This document shows, piece by piece, positions 27,614 through 37,733 of a stretch of 64,000 bases of DNA. Source of the stretch: Candidatus Microgenomatus sp. (GTDB taxonomy: Bacteria > Patescibacteriota > Minisyncoccia > UBA6257 > GWB1-50-10). Both the position numbers and the translations under genes were made by a program. The notes under the pieces were generated by a model that had not been told where the DNA came from, made no database searches, and saw only the letters and a program-made list of their open reading frames with translations. Within the stretch, counting starts at the first letter, position 1; the number at the start of each line of letters is the position of its first letter. Location of the stretch: the NCBI GenBank assembly GCA_020724805.1, contig DYGI01000001.1:111157-175156 (forward strand), read 5' to 3'.

Positions 27614-29290
27614 TTATTTTTCTCTCCAAAGGAGAGGACCCGTCACGCGCTCCACCTCGTCGAACGAGGTGATACCCTGGAGAACCTTCAGCGTCCCATC
27701 TTCCTGCATTGTAGTCATTCCCCCCTCGCGTGCCAAGCGCGCAAGGTCCAATTCCGTAGGATTTTTGTAGATTGATTCCTCTATCGGCTTGGTAATGGCA
27801 AAAAGCTCGAATATGGAAGTGCGCCCCCGGTACCCGAGATTCTTACATTCGGAACATCCTTTAGGCGCATAGACCGTTGGTTTTGCGTACGGCGTTCGAT
27901 CCACCCTCGCGGGGAGCGCTTTCATGAATTCCGCGATACGCGCCTCGTCCTCTTTTGAGAGAGGCGCTGCGACGCGGCAGTGAGCGCAAAGTATGCGCAC
28001 GAGGCGTTGCGCGATAACGAGCGAAAGTGCGGGCCCTAAAATTTGAGGTTGGATGCCGAGGTCAAGGAGTCGGGGCACGGCGCCCACCGCGTCGTTCGTG
28101 TGAAGCGTTGAAAATACGATGTGGCCCGTAAGGGAAGCGTTCAAAGCTATCTCTGCGGTTTCTTTATCGCGTATCTCGCCCACAAGGATGATGTTGGGGT
28201 CCTGGCGGAGGATGGCCCGGAGACCCGAGGCAAACGTGTAATTCGCTCCGGGGTCCACCTGGGTCTGCGAGATGCCTCCTAGGTGATACTCGATGGGGTC
28301 TTCGACGGTGATTATCTTTATTTCCGGTTTCCATACGTGTTTCAGAAAAGCGTAGAGCGTGGTTGTTTTTCCGCTCCCGGTAGGGCCGGTGTTCAAGATT
28401 AAGCCGTTGGGTTTTTTTATCTCCGCTTTGACTATCGCAAGATCGTCGGCGCGCCACCCAAGCTCTTCGAGATTTACTTTGAGCGCATTGGGGTCCAAAA
28501 CACGCATAACCACAGTCTCCCCATATTCCGAGGGGATGAGCGAAGTACGGACTTCGACGTCGCGGTCCTCGAGATCTATGGTGAAGCGCCCGTCCTGGGG
28601 TTCGGTCGCCACGTTCAATTTGAGGTTGGAAAGAAGTTTTACCCGCGTGACGAGAGAGTGATATACGGGCGTGGCAAATCCTTCGAACGCGGCATAGAGC
28701 AGTCCGTCAATGCGGTAGCGGAGCGTGCCCCCGCCTTCCCGCGGCTCGAGATGGATATCGGAAGCCCGAAGTGCCATGGCGCCCGCGATGATGATTTCGA
28801 GCATCTCCGACGTGAGAGGACTTTTGAATTCAGTGATGGCGACTTTCACGTCCTCGAGGTTTTTCATCTTTCCTTTGAGCGTCTCGAGGCGGGCATGGTC
28901 TATTTGCACCTTGCCGCTTATCACTTTTTCCTCCGTGGGAACGTACTGGTAGTAATGCCACTCGTGGGACAGCGAAGTGAGCGAAACCACCACTACCTCG
29001 ACGGTATAGGTTTTTTTGAGTCGCTCGATAATCGCCTTTGCGTCGGGCTTTTCGGGGTTGAAGGCCGCGAGGACGAGTTTTTTTCTGACGAGCTGGAGAG
29101 GAACTATGAGTGCTTCCTTTGCGTCCGCCTCCGGGACGAGCTGCATGGCGTCTATCTCGGTCGGGACTTTTACCGAGACGAGGTCGAGATAGGGAAGCTT
29201 GAGGGTCGCGGCGCGCCGCTTTGCGTCAGCTTCCTCGGCCTCTTTACGCTGCTTCGCGAGCTTTTCTTCCAGGGCTTTGGTTTGAAGCAT
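27614..29290 (-). CDS. PilB/GspE-type pilus assembly ATPase
   Basis: ASDIHLEP, PQDGRF, GPTGSGKTTT, TVEDPIEY, LRQDP, STLHTND, CxxC..CxxC. Confidence 0.93.
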   Translation of the reverse strand: MLQTKALEEKLAKQRKEAEEADAKRRAATLKLPYLDLVSVKVPTEIDAMQLVPEADAKEALIVPLQLVRKKLVLAAFNPEKPDAKAIIERLKKTYTVEVVVVSLTSLSHEWHYYQYVPTEEKVISGKVQIDHARLETLKGKMKNLEDVKVAITEFKSPLTSEMLEIIIAGAMALRASDIHLEPREGGGTLRYRIDGLLYAAFEGFATPVYHSLVTRVKLLSNLKLNVATEPQDGRFTIDLEDRDVEVRTSLIPSEYGETVVMRVLDPNALKVNLEELGWRADDLAIVKAEIKKPNGLILNTGPTGSGKTTTLYAFLKHVWKPEIKIITVEDPIEYHLGGISQTQVDPGANYTFASGLRAILRQDPNIILVGEIRDKETAEIALNASLTGHIVFSTLHTNDAVGAVPRLLDLGIQPQILGPALSLVIAQRLVRILCAHCRVAAPLSKEDEARIAEFMKALPARVDRTPYAKPTVYAPKGCSECKNLGYRGRTSIFELFAITKPIEESIYKNPTELDLARLAREGGMTTMQEDGTLKVLQGITSFDEVERVTGPLLWREK

Positions 29291-29313
29291 GAGATACCTA
29301 TATTGTAGCGCAT

Positions 29314-29342
29314 TTGACTTTTCTAATATTTAGTGATATAAT
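29314..29342 (+). promoter_or_regulatory. Near-consensus sigma70 promoter
   Basis: TTGACT-N17-TATAAT with TG extension. Confidence 0.7.
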
Positions 29343-29372
29343 GAAACCAGAACAATACCAAGGAGCTCAGTC

Positions 29373-29822
29373 ATGAAAAAGCTTATGCTTTTCCTCGCGT
29401 TCGCGGGAATTGGTCTCGGTTCAAGCGGATGCTTTCCGCAGGTTTCCGAGTTCGTTCTGTATGGTCCCTGTGAGGACATGGCGTTTTATGCCATGAACGG
29501 AACGCCCCACTATATCGAAGTGGCGGTGGAGAACGAAGTGTTGGGTCCCATCGCTCCCGGCGATGAAGTGGTGTTCTCCAAACGTTTCGCGGCGTTCCAA
29601 AATCTGAACAAGGGCTTTGCGCTCAGAGCCAGCGTGGTTCCATTCAATCCGAACATCAGGTCCGCGACGGACGAGTGGCGGTTTACAAACAACGGGAATC
29701 GCTATTTCCGTTCATCAGGTTCCACCCCTCGAGTTGCCAAGAATGCGGTCGTGCGAGCGGTAGTTGAACTTACGAGCACGAACCCGAAGGCCCGCACGAA
29801 CCAGTTGAGATTCCGGTTCTGA
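29373..29822 (+). CDS. Putative lipoprotein of unknown function
   Basis: MKK + hydrophobic stretch + SSGC lipobox-like; AAGGAG SD; own promoter and terminator. Confidence 0.7.
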   Translation: MKKLMLFLAFAGIGLGSSGCFPQVSEFVLYGPCEDMAFYAMNGTPHYIEVAVENEVLGPIAPGDEVVFSKRFAAFQNLNKGFALRASVVPFNPNIRSATDEWRFTNNGNRYFRSSGSTPRVAKNAVVRAVVELTSTNPKARTNQLRFRF

Positions 29823-29846
29823 GGGAGGGCGCCGAAGGGCAATCAG

Positions 29847-29888
29847 TGGCCCATTTCGATACATGTCGGAATGGGCCATTTCTTTTTC
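29847..29888 (+). terminator. Intrinsic terminator
   Basis: TGGCCCATTTCGA/TCGGAATGGGCCA stem followed by TTTCTTTTT. Confidence 0.7.
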
Positions 29889-29903
29889 TATAATGAAACC
29901 ATC

Positions 29904-30761
29904 ATGGTCATCGCACTCTTTGGAGCCGATTCCTACCGTCGCAGCGAAAAAGCAAAAGAGCTCGTGGCGGCATATCGCGCGAAATATGAACACGCGGACC
30001 TTTTTTCGGTGGATTTGGAGGACGATATGGAGGGCTGGAATAGTGCGAAGGATTTTCTTCGCCAACCATCCATGTTCGTGGATTCCAAAGTGCTTCTCGT
30101 GCGCGAGCCGGCTTCGGTGACTGAAAAGGAGTGGGAAGAAGCGCTGCGCGAATCGGTTCGCGCGAAAGGGGTGGTAGTCCTTCTCTCCTCGAAAGAGAAT
30201 CCTGCGGACGCATTCCCGTTTCTCGGCGAGAAAGGGGTGGAGAGGCAGGAATTCGCGGAACTTGAAGGACGGCTTCTTGAGGTATTCGTCCTTCGGGAAG
30301 CGAAAGCGCGAGGAATTACGTTCGCGCCCGATGCGCTCAGATTTTTCCTTGCCTATCTGAGTTCGCTTGAATTGCGGAGCGCGCGCGCTTCTGCGGAACT
30401 CGACCGCATATTACTTGCGAAGTTTGCGGCGCCGGTTACTCGCGCGGACATGGAGCTTCTCACCGCATGGCTTCCCGCCGAGGATATCTATCGGGGACTC
30501 GATTCTATCCACATGGGGAAAAGCCCCGGAGAGCGCCTTGTTGCCCTCGAGCGGCTTCTCGGCGGCTATGATGCCGCAAGGATTTTTAATACGCTCGCAT
30601 ACGCGGTGCATGGACCTTCCGCCCTGGCGCTTGCGGCATACGATATCGCGATAAAAAGCGGGCGGCTCGAATATGAAGAAGCGCTCGTCGATTTCTCAAT
30701 GAGTCCTTCGAACAGCTCAGGAGTTACCCGCGCGGAATTCTTTTTGCGAGACGTGATTTAA
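29904..30761 (+). CDS. holA: DNA polymerase III delta subunit (HolA-like)
   Basis: IALFGADSYR start, QPSMF, DIAIKSGR near the end; adjacent to rpsT. Confidence 0.8.
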   Translation: MVIALFGADSYRRSEKAKELVAAYRAKYEHADLFSVDLEDDMEGWNSAKDFLRQPSMFVDSKVLLVREPASVTEKEWEEALRESVRAKGVVVLLSSKENPADAFPFLGEKGVERQEFAELEGRLLEVFVLREAKARGITFAPDALRFFLAYLSSLELRSARASAELDRILLAKFAAPVTRADMELLTAWLPAEDIYRGLDSIHMGKSPGERLVALERLLGGYDAARIFNTLAYAVHGPSALALAAYDIAIKSGRLEYEEALVDFSMSPSNSSGVTRAEFFLRDVI

Positions 30762-30984
30762 GGCGTCGCGCTTTCCCTTTTTTGATAAGCCCCACCTTCG
30801 CCATTTTATCGAGGGTTTGATATGCGCGGGAGAGCGCTGCGCGGGTTTCTGCCGCATCATTCCCTCCAGAGAGCTTTCGCGCGTGTTTTACCGCATCACG
30901 GAGGGCTGCTTTTCTCGCGAGATTTTTGGTGCGCCGCCGTGCGTTTTGGCGGAGCGCTTTTTCGGCTGATTTCGTTCGTGGCAT
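30724..30984 (-). CDS. rpsT: 30S ribosomal protein S20
   Basis: MPRTKSAEKALRQ, LDKMAKVGLIKKGKARRLKSRL. Confidence 0.95.
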   Translation of the reverse strand: MPRTKSAEKALRQNARRRTKNLARKAALRDAVKHARKLSGGNDAAETRAALSRAYQTLDKMAKVGLIKKGKARRLKSRLAKRIPRG

Positions 30985-31036
30985 ACCGCACCATTAAAAA
31001 GGACGCGTCACGCAAAGTCAACTATAATGAAGCGGA

Positions 31037-31624
31037 ATGATACACGCGTTGAAAGGAACGTTGGTGTCGGCTCATGAGGGGCGCATCGTGGTGGATTGCC
31101 ACGGAGTTGGCTTTCTTCTCTATGTGAACGACCGTACGCGTCGTGCGCTTCCCGCGCCCGGCGCGGAAGTGTCGCTCTTTACTCACTTTTATCTTCGCGA
31201 AGAGCGTGCGGAACTTTATGGATTTATGGATGCGCAATCGCTCACACTTTTTGAACTTCTCGATTCGGTGGCAGGAGTGGGTCCGAAATCCGCACTTGCG
31301 GTTTTGGATGCGGAAACTCCCGAAAATCTTATGGCGGCCATCTTCGAAAAGCGCACGGACCTTCTCACAAAGACTCCTGGGATAGGGAAGAAGACCGCGG
31401 AACGTATCGTGCTCGAACTTTCCTCGAAAATAGTAGCGCCTGCCGCCCATGAACGTACTGCGGCGATGGATAGGGACCGCGAAGTTGAAGAGGTCTTAGT
31501 AAACCTTGGCTACGGGCGAGAGCGGGTGCGGAGCGTTCTTGGAGCGCTCCCTGCCGCGAAGGAGGCGAACTCCGAAACGCGCATCCGCGAAGCATTGAAG
31601 GCGCTTGCGAAACGTTCCTTATGA
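31037..31624 (+). CDS. ruvA: Holliday junction DNA-binding protein RuvA
   Basis: GVGF, LYGF, VAGVGPKSAL, PGIGKKTAERIVLEL. Confidence 0.96.
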   Translation: MIHALKGTLVSAHEGRIVVDCHGVGFLLYVNDRTRRALPAPGAEVSLFTHFYLREERAELYGFMDAQSLTLFELLDSVAGVGPKSALAVLDAETPENLMAAIFEKRTDLLTKTPGIGKKTAERIVLELSSKIVAPAAHERTAAMDRDREVEEVLVNLGYGRERVRSVLGALPAAKEANSETRIREALKALAKRSL

Positions 31625-32811
31625 ATTGGCTCCGCGACCGCTACCATCTCGCGCGCGCATATCTTGCCGACCTCTGGTATCGGCATCCAAGCCGCGACCT
31701 TGTAGTGGTGGGGGTAACGGGGACCAAGGGAAAGTCCACTGTGGTGGAGCTGCTTGCGGCCATCTTTGATGCCGCAGGCGAAAAAACCGCGTTCCTCTCT
31801 TCCGCGAGGGTGAAGATGGGCGAACAAGTGGATTGGAATCGTACGGGGAACAGTATGCCGGGGCTCGGTGCACTCCAAAGATTTTTGCGTCAGGCGGCGC
31901 GCGCCGGGTGCCGTTACGCATTTTTGGAAGTCACTTCGCAAGGAGTGCTCCAGCATCGACACCGTTTTATAGAATGGGATGCCGCGGTGTTCACGAATCT
32001 TGCACCCGAACACATCGAAGCTCACGGTTCGTTCGAAGCCTATCGCGACGCGAAACTTTCTTTTTTCGAGAGTGCGGCCCGCTCGGCGAAGGCTGATCGT
32101 GTAGTGGTAGTGAATAAAGACGATCTCTCGGCCCATTTTTTCATTGAAGTGGCGGAGCGTGGCGGCGCGCGTGTGATCGAGGTTCCTGTACGTGCGCGCG
32201 GCGAGGAACTCCAACTTGCCGGGAAGTGGGTCAGTGTGCCTATGAATCTCGAAAATGCGGCGCTTGCCGCGGCATACGCGGAAGTGTGCAGCGTACCGCG
32301 TCACCTCATACGAAGCGCTCTCGATGCGTTTCAAGGCGTGCCGGGGCGCCTTGAATATATTCAAGAACGACCCTTTGCGGCGGTGGTGGATTACGCGCAT
32401 ACACCGGATTCGCTTGCGCGGGTGTATGAACATTTAAAAAATACGCACCATGGACACCTTGTCTGCGTGCTGGGCGCGGCGGGAGGAGGGCGCGATAAGT
32501 GGAAGCGTCCGGAAATGGGGAAAACGGCGGCGGAATTCTGCGATACAATCATTCTCACAAACGAAGACCCGTACAACGAAGATCCTGCTCAAATTCTCTC
32601 CGAGATAGAATCCGGGACATCCGGCTTTCGTGGTCCTATTTTTAAAATTGTGGAGCGACGTGAAGCGCTCGCAAAAGCGTTCGCGCTTGCGAAGCCGGGC
32701 GATGTGGTGGTGGCGACCGGAAAGGGGAGCGAGTCGTTCATACATTTTGCGAAAGGAAAAAAGAGCGCGTGGAGCGAGCGCGATGAAATGAAAAAACTTC
32801 TTAACATATGA
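31621..32811 (+). CDS. murE: MurE-type Mur ligase
   Basis: GVTGTKGKST, LEVTSQG, FTNLAPEH, VDYAHTPDS, GAAGGGRD. Confidence 0.85.
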   Translation: MNWLRDRYHLARAYLADLWYRHPSRDLVVVGVTGTKGKSTVVELLAAIFDAAGEKTAFLSSARVKMGEQVDWNRTGNSMPGLGALQRFLRQAARAGCRYAFLEVTSQGVLQHRHRFIEWDAAVFTNLAPEHIEAHGSFEAYRDAKLSFFESAARSAKADRVVVVNKDDLSAHFFIEVAERGGARVIEVPVRARGEELQLAGKWVSVPMNLENAALAAAYAEVCSVPRHLIRSALDAFQGVPGRLEYIQERPFAAVVDYAHTPDSLARVYEHLKNTHHGHLVCVLGAAGGGRDKWKRPEMGKTAAEFCDTIILTNEDPYNEDPAQILSEIESGTSGFRGPIFKIVERREALAKAFALAKPGDVVVATGKGSESFIHFAKGKKSAWSERDEMKKLLNI

Positions 32812-32932
32812 ATCCCGTTAGAGGCAACCGAGTTTCAGAAATATGATTTACCATATTAATAACACACCATCGAACTCAAAGGTCTTGCGGTATCATCACG
32901 GTCGCCTTGAGGCGACCTGCCTCTAACGGGAT
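32812..32932. mobile_element. Miniature inverted-repeat element (MITE/REP-like)
   Basis: Perfect 15-bp TIR ATCCCGTTAGAGGCA / TGCCTCTAACGGGAT; ATGAA repeated at both junctions; internal GGTCGCC-TTGA-GGCGACC hairpin. Confidence 0.75.
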
Positions 32933-34289
32933 GAAGCTCACGTTTTATGGAGGCGCACAGTCGGTAACCGGCGCGGCGTATCTCCTTGAATCAGGAGGCG
33001 CAAAACTTCTTGTGGATTGCGGACTCGCGCAGGGGAGCCGCTATGCCGAGGCCGCGAACTGGGAGCCGTTTCCTTATAACCCCCGCGAACTCTCTGCGCT
33101 TGTGGTAACCCATGCGCATATCGACCATGTAGGGCGTATTCCTAAGTTGGTTAAGGAAGGGTATACGAGTCCTATCTATTCCACGCCCCCCACCCGCGAT
33201 TTTTCCGAAGCGCTTCTTTTGGATTCCGAGCATATCCTTGGTGAAGAGGCGGAAGAGAAGCGTAAAGAACCGCTCTATACCGCAGAAGATGTAGCGCAGA
33301 CCGTGCGCCAATGGCAGGGAGTCGGTTACCATGAGCCGTTTTCGGTAGGGCCCTTCACCGTGGAGATGTTCGATGCGGGACACATTCTCGGCTCCGCGTT
33401 CATAGTGATCAGTGTGGAAGGGAAAAAGATCGTATTCTCGGGGGATCTCGGGAATAGCCCTGCGCCATTCATACAACCACGCGAAGATCTTCCCGGAGAC
33501 GCCGATTTTGTGCTCGTGGAGTCGGTGTACGGAGGTCGCGTCCACGAGAATATCGATGCGCGGCGCGACACGCTCGAAAACCTTGTGGAAGATACGGTGA
33601 AACGCGGAGGGACGCTTATGATACCGGCGTTTGCGCTTGAACGCACACAGGAGCTGCTCTACGAGTTGAATACGCTCACTGAAGAAGGTCGCATCCCTCG
33701 CGTTCCCATTTTCATAGACAGCCCGCTCGCGATACGCCTTACCGCGGTGTACGAAAAATATTCGCGGAACCCGCTCTATTTCAACCGGGATGCAATCGAC
33801 GCGGCGAAGCGAGGGGATGCTATCTTCAAATTTCCCGGACTTGCCATGACGATGACGCGCGAGGAGTCGGACGCTATTGCGAACGTGCCTCCGCCTAAAG
33901 TAATCATTGCGGGTTCCGGAATGTCGCAGGGGGGGCGTATTCTTCGACACGAAATGCGCTATCTCCCCGATCCGAAAAACGCCATTTTCTTCGTGGGATA
34001 TCAAACGCGTGGTTCGTTGGGACGGCGCATCTTGGACGGTGAAGCGGAAGTGACCGTGAATCGGATGAAAATCCCCGTACGAGCGCACCCCTCGGTCATT
34101 TCCGGGTATTCGGCGCACGCCGACCAACCGCAACTTCTCGAATGGCTCTCGGGTGCGCGCGGCGGGATACGGAAAGCGTTCGTGGTGCAAGGAGAAGAGG
34201 AAGAAGCGAACGCGCTTATGCAGAAAATGCGGGATGAACTTGCAATCGTCACGCACATTCCCGCGCCGAACGAATCGGTAGTGTTATAA
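32931..34289 (+). CDS. Metallo-beta-lactamase/beta-CASP ribonuclease
   Basis: THAHIDHVG, AGHILGS, SGDLG, ESVYG, SAHAD. Confidence 0.92.
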   Translation: MKLTFYGGAQSVTGAAYLLESGGAKLLVDCGLAQGSRYAEAANWEPFPYNPRELSALVVTHAHIDHVGRIPKLVKEGYTSPIYSTPPTRDFSEALLLDSEHILGEEAEEKRKEPLYTAEDVAQTVRQWQGVGYHEPFSVGPFTVEMFDAGHILGSAFIVISVEGKKIVFSGDLGNSPAPFIQPREDLPGDADFVLVESVYGGRVHENIDARRDTLENLVEDTVKRGGTLMIPAFALERTQELLYELNTLTEEGRIPRVPIFIDSPLAIRLTAVYEKYSRNPLYFNRDAIDAAKRGDAIFKFPGLAMTMTREESDAIANVPPPKVIIAGSGMSQGGRILRHEMRYLPDPKNAIFFVGYQTRGSLGRRILDGEAEVTVNRMKIPVRAHPSVISGYSAHADQPQLLEWLSGARGGIRKAFVVQGEEEEANALMQKMRDELAIVTHIPAPNESVVL

Positions 34290-34296
34290 TTTTTGC

Positions 34297-34920
34297 ATGA
34301 GAATAAAGAAAACAGTTCCCGAACGTAATCACGGGAATCATCGGCACAGCTTGAAGTACAAATTCTGCGTTTCGGGTGCCGCCGAAACGGGACATTGTCC
34401 GCCGGATGCGCTTGAACGTGCAGAGGAATTGGGGAAAGTCATCGCGGAGCACGGACTCGTGCTCATGACGGGCGCGACAACCGGCATTCCTTATTGGTCC
34501 GCAAAAGGAGCCAAGGCGGCGGGAGGAACGGTTATCGGGCTTTCGCCCGCGGCATCAAAAGTGGCACACGTAAAGACCTATCGCTTGCCTTTGGATTACC
34601 ACGATGTGGTGGTGTACACGGGATTCGAGTACTCGGGGAGAAACCTGCTTCTCACCCGCTCTTCGGATGCGGTCATTGTGGTCTGCGGACGTATCGGCAC
34701 TTTGAACGAATTCACCATCGCGTTCGAGGACCAGAAGCCCATAGGAGTGCTCGAAGGTTCGGGAGGCACCGCGGACCAGATACGCGACCTTCTTCTGAAA
34801 TCGCACCGGGGCATGGGCAAGGTGGTGTTTGCGAAGGACCCCGAAACGCTTGTTACGCGCCTTCTGGATCTCATAGAATCCGAGGAGGAAAAGTACGGAA
34901 TTAAAGGTCGAGTGTTCTAA
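34297..34920 (+). CDS. LOG/SLOG family (TIGR00725-like) protein
   Basis: TGATTGIP, GRNLLL, GRIGTLNEF. Confidence 0.8.
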   Translation: MRIKKTVPERNHGNHRHSLKYKFCVSGAAETGHCPPDALERAEELGKVIAEHGLVLMTGATTGIPYWSAKGAKAAGGTVIGLSPAASKVAHVKTYRLPLDYHDVVVYTGFEYSGRNLLLTRSSDAVIVVCGRIGTLNEFTIAFEDQKPIGVLEGSGGTADQIRDLLLKSHRGMGKVVFAKDPETLVTRLLDLIESEEEKYGIKGRVF

Positions 34921-34930
34921 ATTTATTACC

Positions 34931-35221
34931 ATGGGATTTTTTTCATCCCTCTTCTCGAAGAAAAATTCGGCGCCGGTCGGTAAACCTATCGGAGTGGTAA
35001 CCCATTACTATGGCGGTATCGGGGTTGCTATTGTGCGATTCTCGAAGAATGTCGCGGTGGGAGTAAAAGCGCGCTTCAAGGGAGCGACCACCGATTTCAC
35101 CGAAACCATAAAGTCCATGCAGTACGACCACGAGGACATTAGCGAGGCAAAGAAGGGTCAGGAGGTTGGCGTGAAAGTGGACGGAAAGGTCAGGGAAGGG
35201 GACGAGGTCTACGAGGCCTGA
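34931..35221 (+). CDS. Small EF-Tu domain II-like beta-barrel protein
   Basis: IGVVTHYY, SMQYDH, GQEVGVKV..KVREGDEVY. Confidence 0.75.
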   Translation: MGFFSSLFSKKNSAPVGKPIGVVTHYYGGIGVAIVRFSKNVAVGVKARFKGATTDFTETIKSMQYDHEDISEAKKGQEVGVKVDGKVREGDEVYEA

Positions 35222-35228
35222 AGACGAT

Positions 35229-36335
35229 ATGAACGGACGGTTGATGCTCGCCGCGGGGACGCTCGCGGGAACAATCATCGGCGCCGGTGTTTTCGCGTTG
35301 CCGTACGTGGTGGGAAAAGTGGGAGCCGCGACCGGCCTTTTTTATTTGTGTGGCGCAGCGTTGGCATATTTCGTGGTACACCGGATGTACGCCGCGATAG
35401 TGGTGAAAAACGAAGGTGCGCATGATTATGCGGGTCTTGCGCGGATCTATTTGCCGCGCGTTCCCGCATTCATCGCATCGCTCATGGTGGTAGGTGAACT
35501 TGCCTTTGCGCTTGTGGTCTACCTCGCGCTTGCCCCCTCATTCCTTGCGCTGATCACGCCGTTCTCGCCGTTCGCGAACGCGATCCTTTTTTGGGCGCTC
35601 GGCTCGCTGTTCATATTCGCGAGCCTCATGTGGCAAGGTTTTGCCGAACTCGCGGGTACGCTTTTCATTGTGGGCATTGTGGGTGTGGTATTGGTGGCAG
35701 GAAACGGACTTCCGTTCACTGTTCCCGCGTTTCTCCCCCTTGATCTCCCCACCGCCTTTTTGCCGCTTGGCGCGCTTCTTTTCGCGTTCATGGGGAGGTC
35801 CGCCATTATTCCTGTGGTCGAAGAATGGCGAGCCGCGCGAGAAAAGTTCTCACTTTCCCGCGCCATTGCGCTCGGCACGCTTGTTCCGCTCCCGCTCTAC
35901 GCGGTGTTTGTATTTGCCATGCTTCGCCTCGCGCCTTCGGCGGCTCCCGAAGCATTGAATAGCATAGGCTTTCTTCCGGCGCCCATCCTTTTCTTGCTCG
36001 GGCTTATGGGATTTATCACGCTCTGGACCTCCTACTTCATGATCGGCGCTAACCTCAAAGGGGTGCTCCACTTAGACCTCAAGGTTCCGACATGGGGAGT
36101 AACGCTTTTTGTGCTCGCATTCCCGCTCGCGGTGTATTGTATCGGTTTTGACACCTTCTTTTCTGTCGTCACTTTCACCGGGAGCGTACTTCTTGCGCTT
36201 GATGGCATATTCGTCGTGTGGATGTGGCTTCGCGCATTCCCCGCCCATCGCTTTCGCGCGTTCGCGGCGCCGCTCGTCGCAATATTTTTCGCGGCGCTTG
36301 CATACGACCTCCTTTCCCGTACCGGTCTTTTATGA
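35229..36335 (+). CDS. Aromatic amino acid permease family transporter
   Basis: GTIIGAGVFALPY; about 11 TM. Confidence 0.85.
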   Translation: MNGRLMLAAGTLAGTIIGAGVFALPYVVGKVGAATGLFYLCGAALAYFVVHRMYAAIVVKNEGAHDYAGLARIYLPRVPAFIASLMVVGELAFALVVYLALAPSFLALITPFSPFANAILFWALGSLFIFASLMWQGFAELAGTLFIVGIVGVVLVAGNGLPFTVPAFLPLDLPTAFLPLGALLFAFMGRSAIIPVVEEWRAAREKFSLSRAIALGTLVPLPLYAVFVFAMLRLAPSAAPEALNSIGFLPAPILFLLGLMGFITLWTSYFMIGANLKGVLHLDLKVPTWGVTLFVLAFPLAVYCIGFDTFFSVVTFTGSVLLALDGIFVVWMWLRAFPAHRFRAFAAPLVAIFFAALAYDLLSRTGLL

Positions 36336-37705
36336 GTGATACGTTCCGCACTCAATGGCTTCGCGTAGCGCTTCTCGCGCTCGCATTTTCCATTCCTTTG
36401 GGGACCAAGAAATTCCTTTTTTCGTTCACCACCCCATTTTCCAATTTTTATACTTCGGAATACACCGCCGCATTCCTTTTTGCCGTTGACGCCCTTCTTA
36501 TTCTCGGGGTCGCGGGTTCCTTTTTCATGTTTCCGAAGCTTCGCGATGCAATGCGCGACACGCGCGCCCCTTTTCTCGCACTTTCCGCATTGCTTTTACT
36601 CTCAGCACTTTCACTGTGGTTCGCACCGTATCTTAGCTTCGGTGTGTACGCATTCACGCGGCTTTTCGGCGCGGTGATCGTAGGCGTCCTTATGTGGATT
36701 GGGATACGGAACGGCGCGGTGACGCCGAGAGAACCTATGGGAGCGCTTGGGACATCCGCAGCGCTTCAGGCCGTCATCGCGCTTTTCCAATTCGGATTGC
36801 AGAAAAGCGTGGGGTTGTGGTGGCTCGGTGAAACCGTCGCATTGGGACCCGAAACGCCGGGTATCGCGAATGTGATAGCGAACGGGGTGCCGTTCCTTCG
36901 TGCGTACGGCACGCTTCCGCACGCGAACATTCTTGCGGGATTCCTGGTGCTCGGCGTGCTCGCGCTCTCGTATCTTTTCCTTACCAGCGAGCGAATGAAG
37001 GCGCGGTACATGGCGGCGACAGGACTCGTGCTTGTTGTGGGCGGACTCGTAGTTACCTTTTCGCGTTCAGGTTGGATCGTCGCAGCGTGTGCGCTCGCAC
37101 TGTTCGCCCTCGCGCTCTATGGGCGCGGCATTACGTTCTGGAGAACAGTTTCTTGGGTGCTCATAATGGCGTGCGCGGCTGCGATGTTCCTCGCGTCGCT
37201 TTGGTTTGTGGTAATGCCGCGCGCGGATTTGAATGTCGATGAATCTCCGGTGCGCGATCGGTGGGTAATGAACGAGATGGGACTCGCGCTCATCGCGGAG
37301 CGCCCGGAGGGAGTGGGGATTGGAAACCAGCTTTTTGTCTCATATGACGAGGGAGCATTCCACAAGTTCGGTCTTACCGCGCGTGGTCAATGGCAGCCCA
37401 TACATAACATCTACCTTCTTATCGCGGCCGAAACGGGCGTACTAGGGCTCGTTGCGTTCCTTGCGTGCATCGGCGTTGCGATATTTTGGGGGCGTCGCCG
37501 CTTCGGGGAGTGGAGTATGGAGATGCGGACCGTGGTGGTAATGCTTTTATCTCTTCTTCTTTTCGGCCTTTTTGACCACTTCCTTTGGGATCTCCACGCC
37601 GGCCGGTTGATGTTGTGGGTGGTTTTGGGGATACTACTGGGGTTAGGTTCGCTTCGCTTGCCTCGTATGGACGACGCCATACGAGCGCATCGTTCGACGG
37701 TATAA
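36332..37705 (+). CDS. O-antigen ligase / O-oligosaccharyltransferase family protein
   Basis: RAYGTLPHANILAG, TFSRSGW, GVGIGN, HNIYLLIAAETG. Confidence 0.85.
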   Translation: MSDTFRTQWLRVALLALAFSIPLGTKKFLFSFTTPFSNFYTSEYTAAFLFAVDALLILGVAGSFFMFPKLRDAMRDTRAPFLALSALLLLSALSLWFAPYLSFGVYAFTRLFGAVIVGVLMWIGIRNGAVTPREPMGALGTSAALQAVIALFQFGLQKSVGLWWLGETVALGPETPGIANVIANGVPFLRAYGTLPHANILAGFLVLGVLALSYLFLTSERMKARYMAATGLVLVVGGLVVTFSRSGWIVAACALALFALALYGRGITFWRTVSWVLIMACAAAMFLASLWFVVMPRADLNVDESPVRDRWVMNEMGLALIAERPEGVGIGNQLFVSYDEGAFHKFGLTARGQWQPIHNIYLLIAAETGVLGLVAFLACIGVAIFWGRRRFGEWSMEMRTVVVMLLSLLLFGLFDHFLWDLHAGRLMLWVVLGILLGLGSLRLPRMDDAIRAHRSTV

Positions 37706-37733
37706 TGCGTATGCGTATTCTCCCGTCTCATTC

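Noticed and set aside
32991-34256. 421 aa antisense ORF (similarly 39089..40228, 8339..9292, 31510..32433, 50309..51193, 37411..38466)
   Set aside because: Antisense shadows of well-supported genes, expected from codon bias
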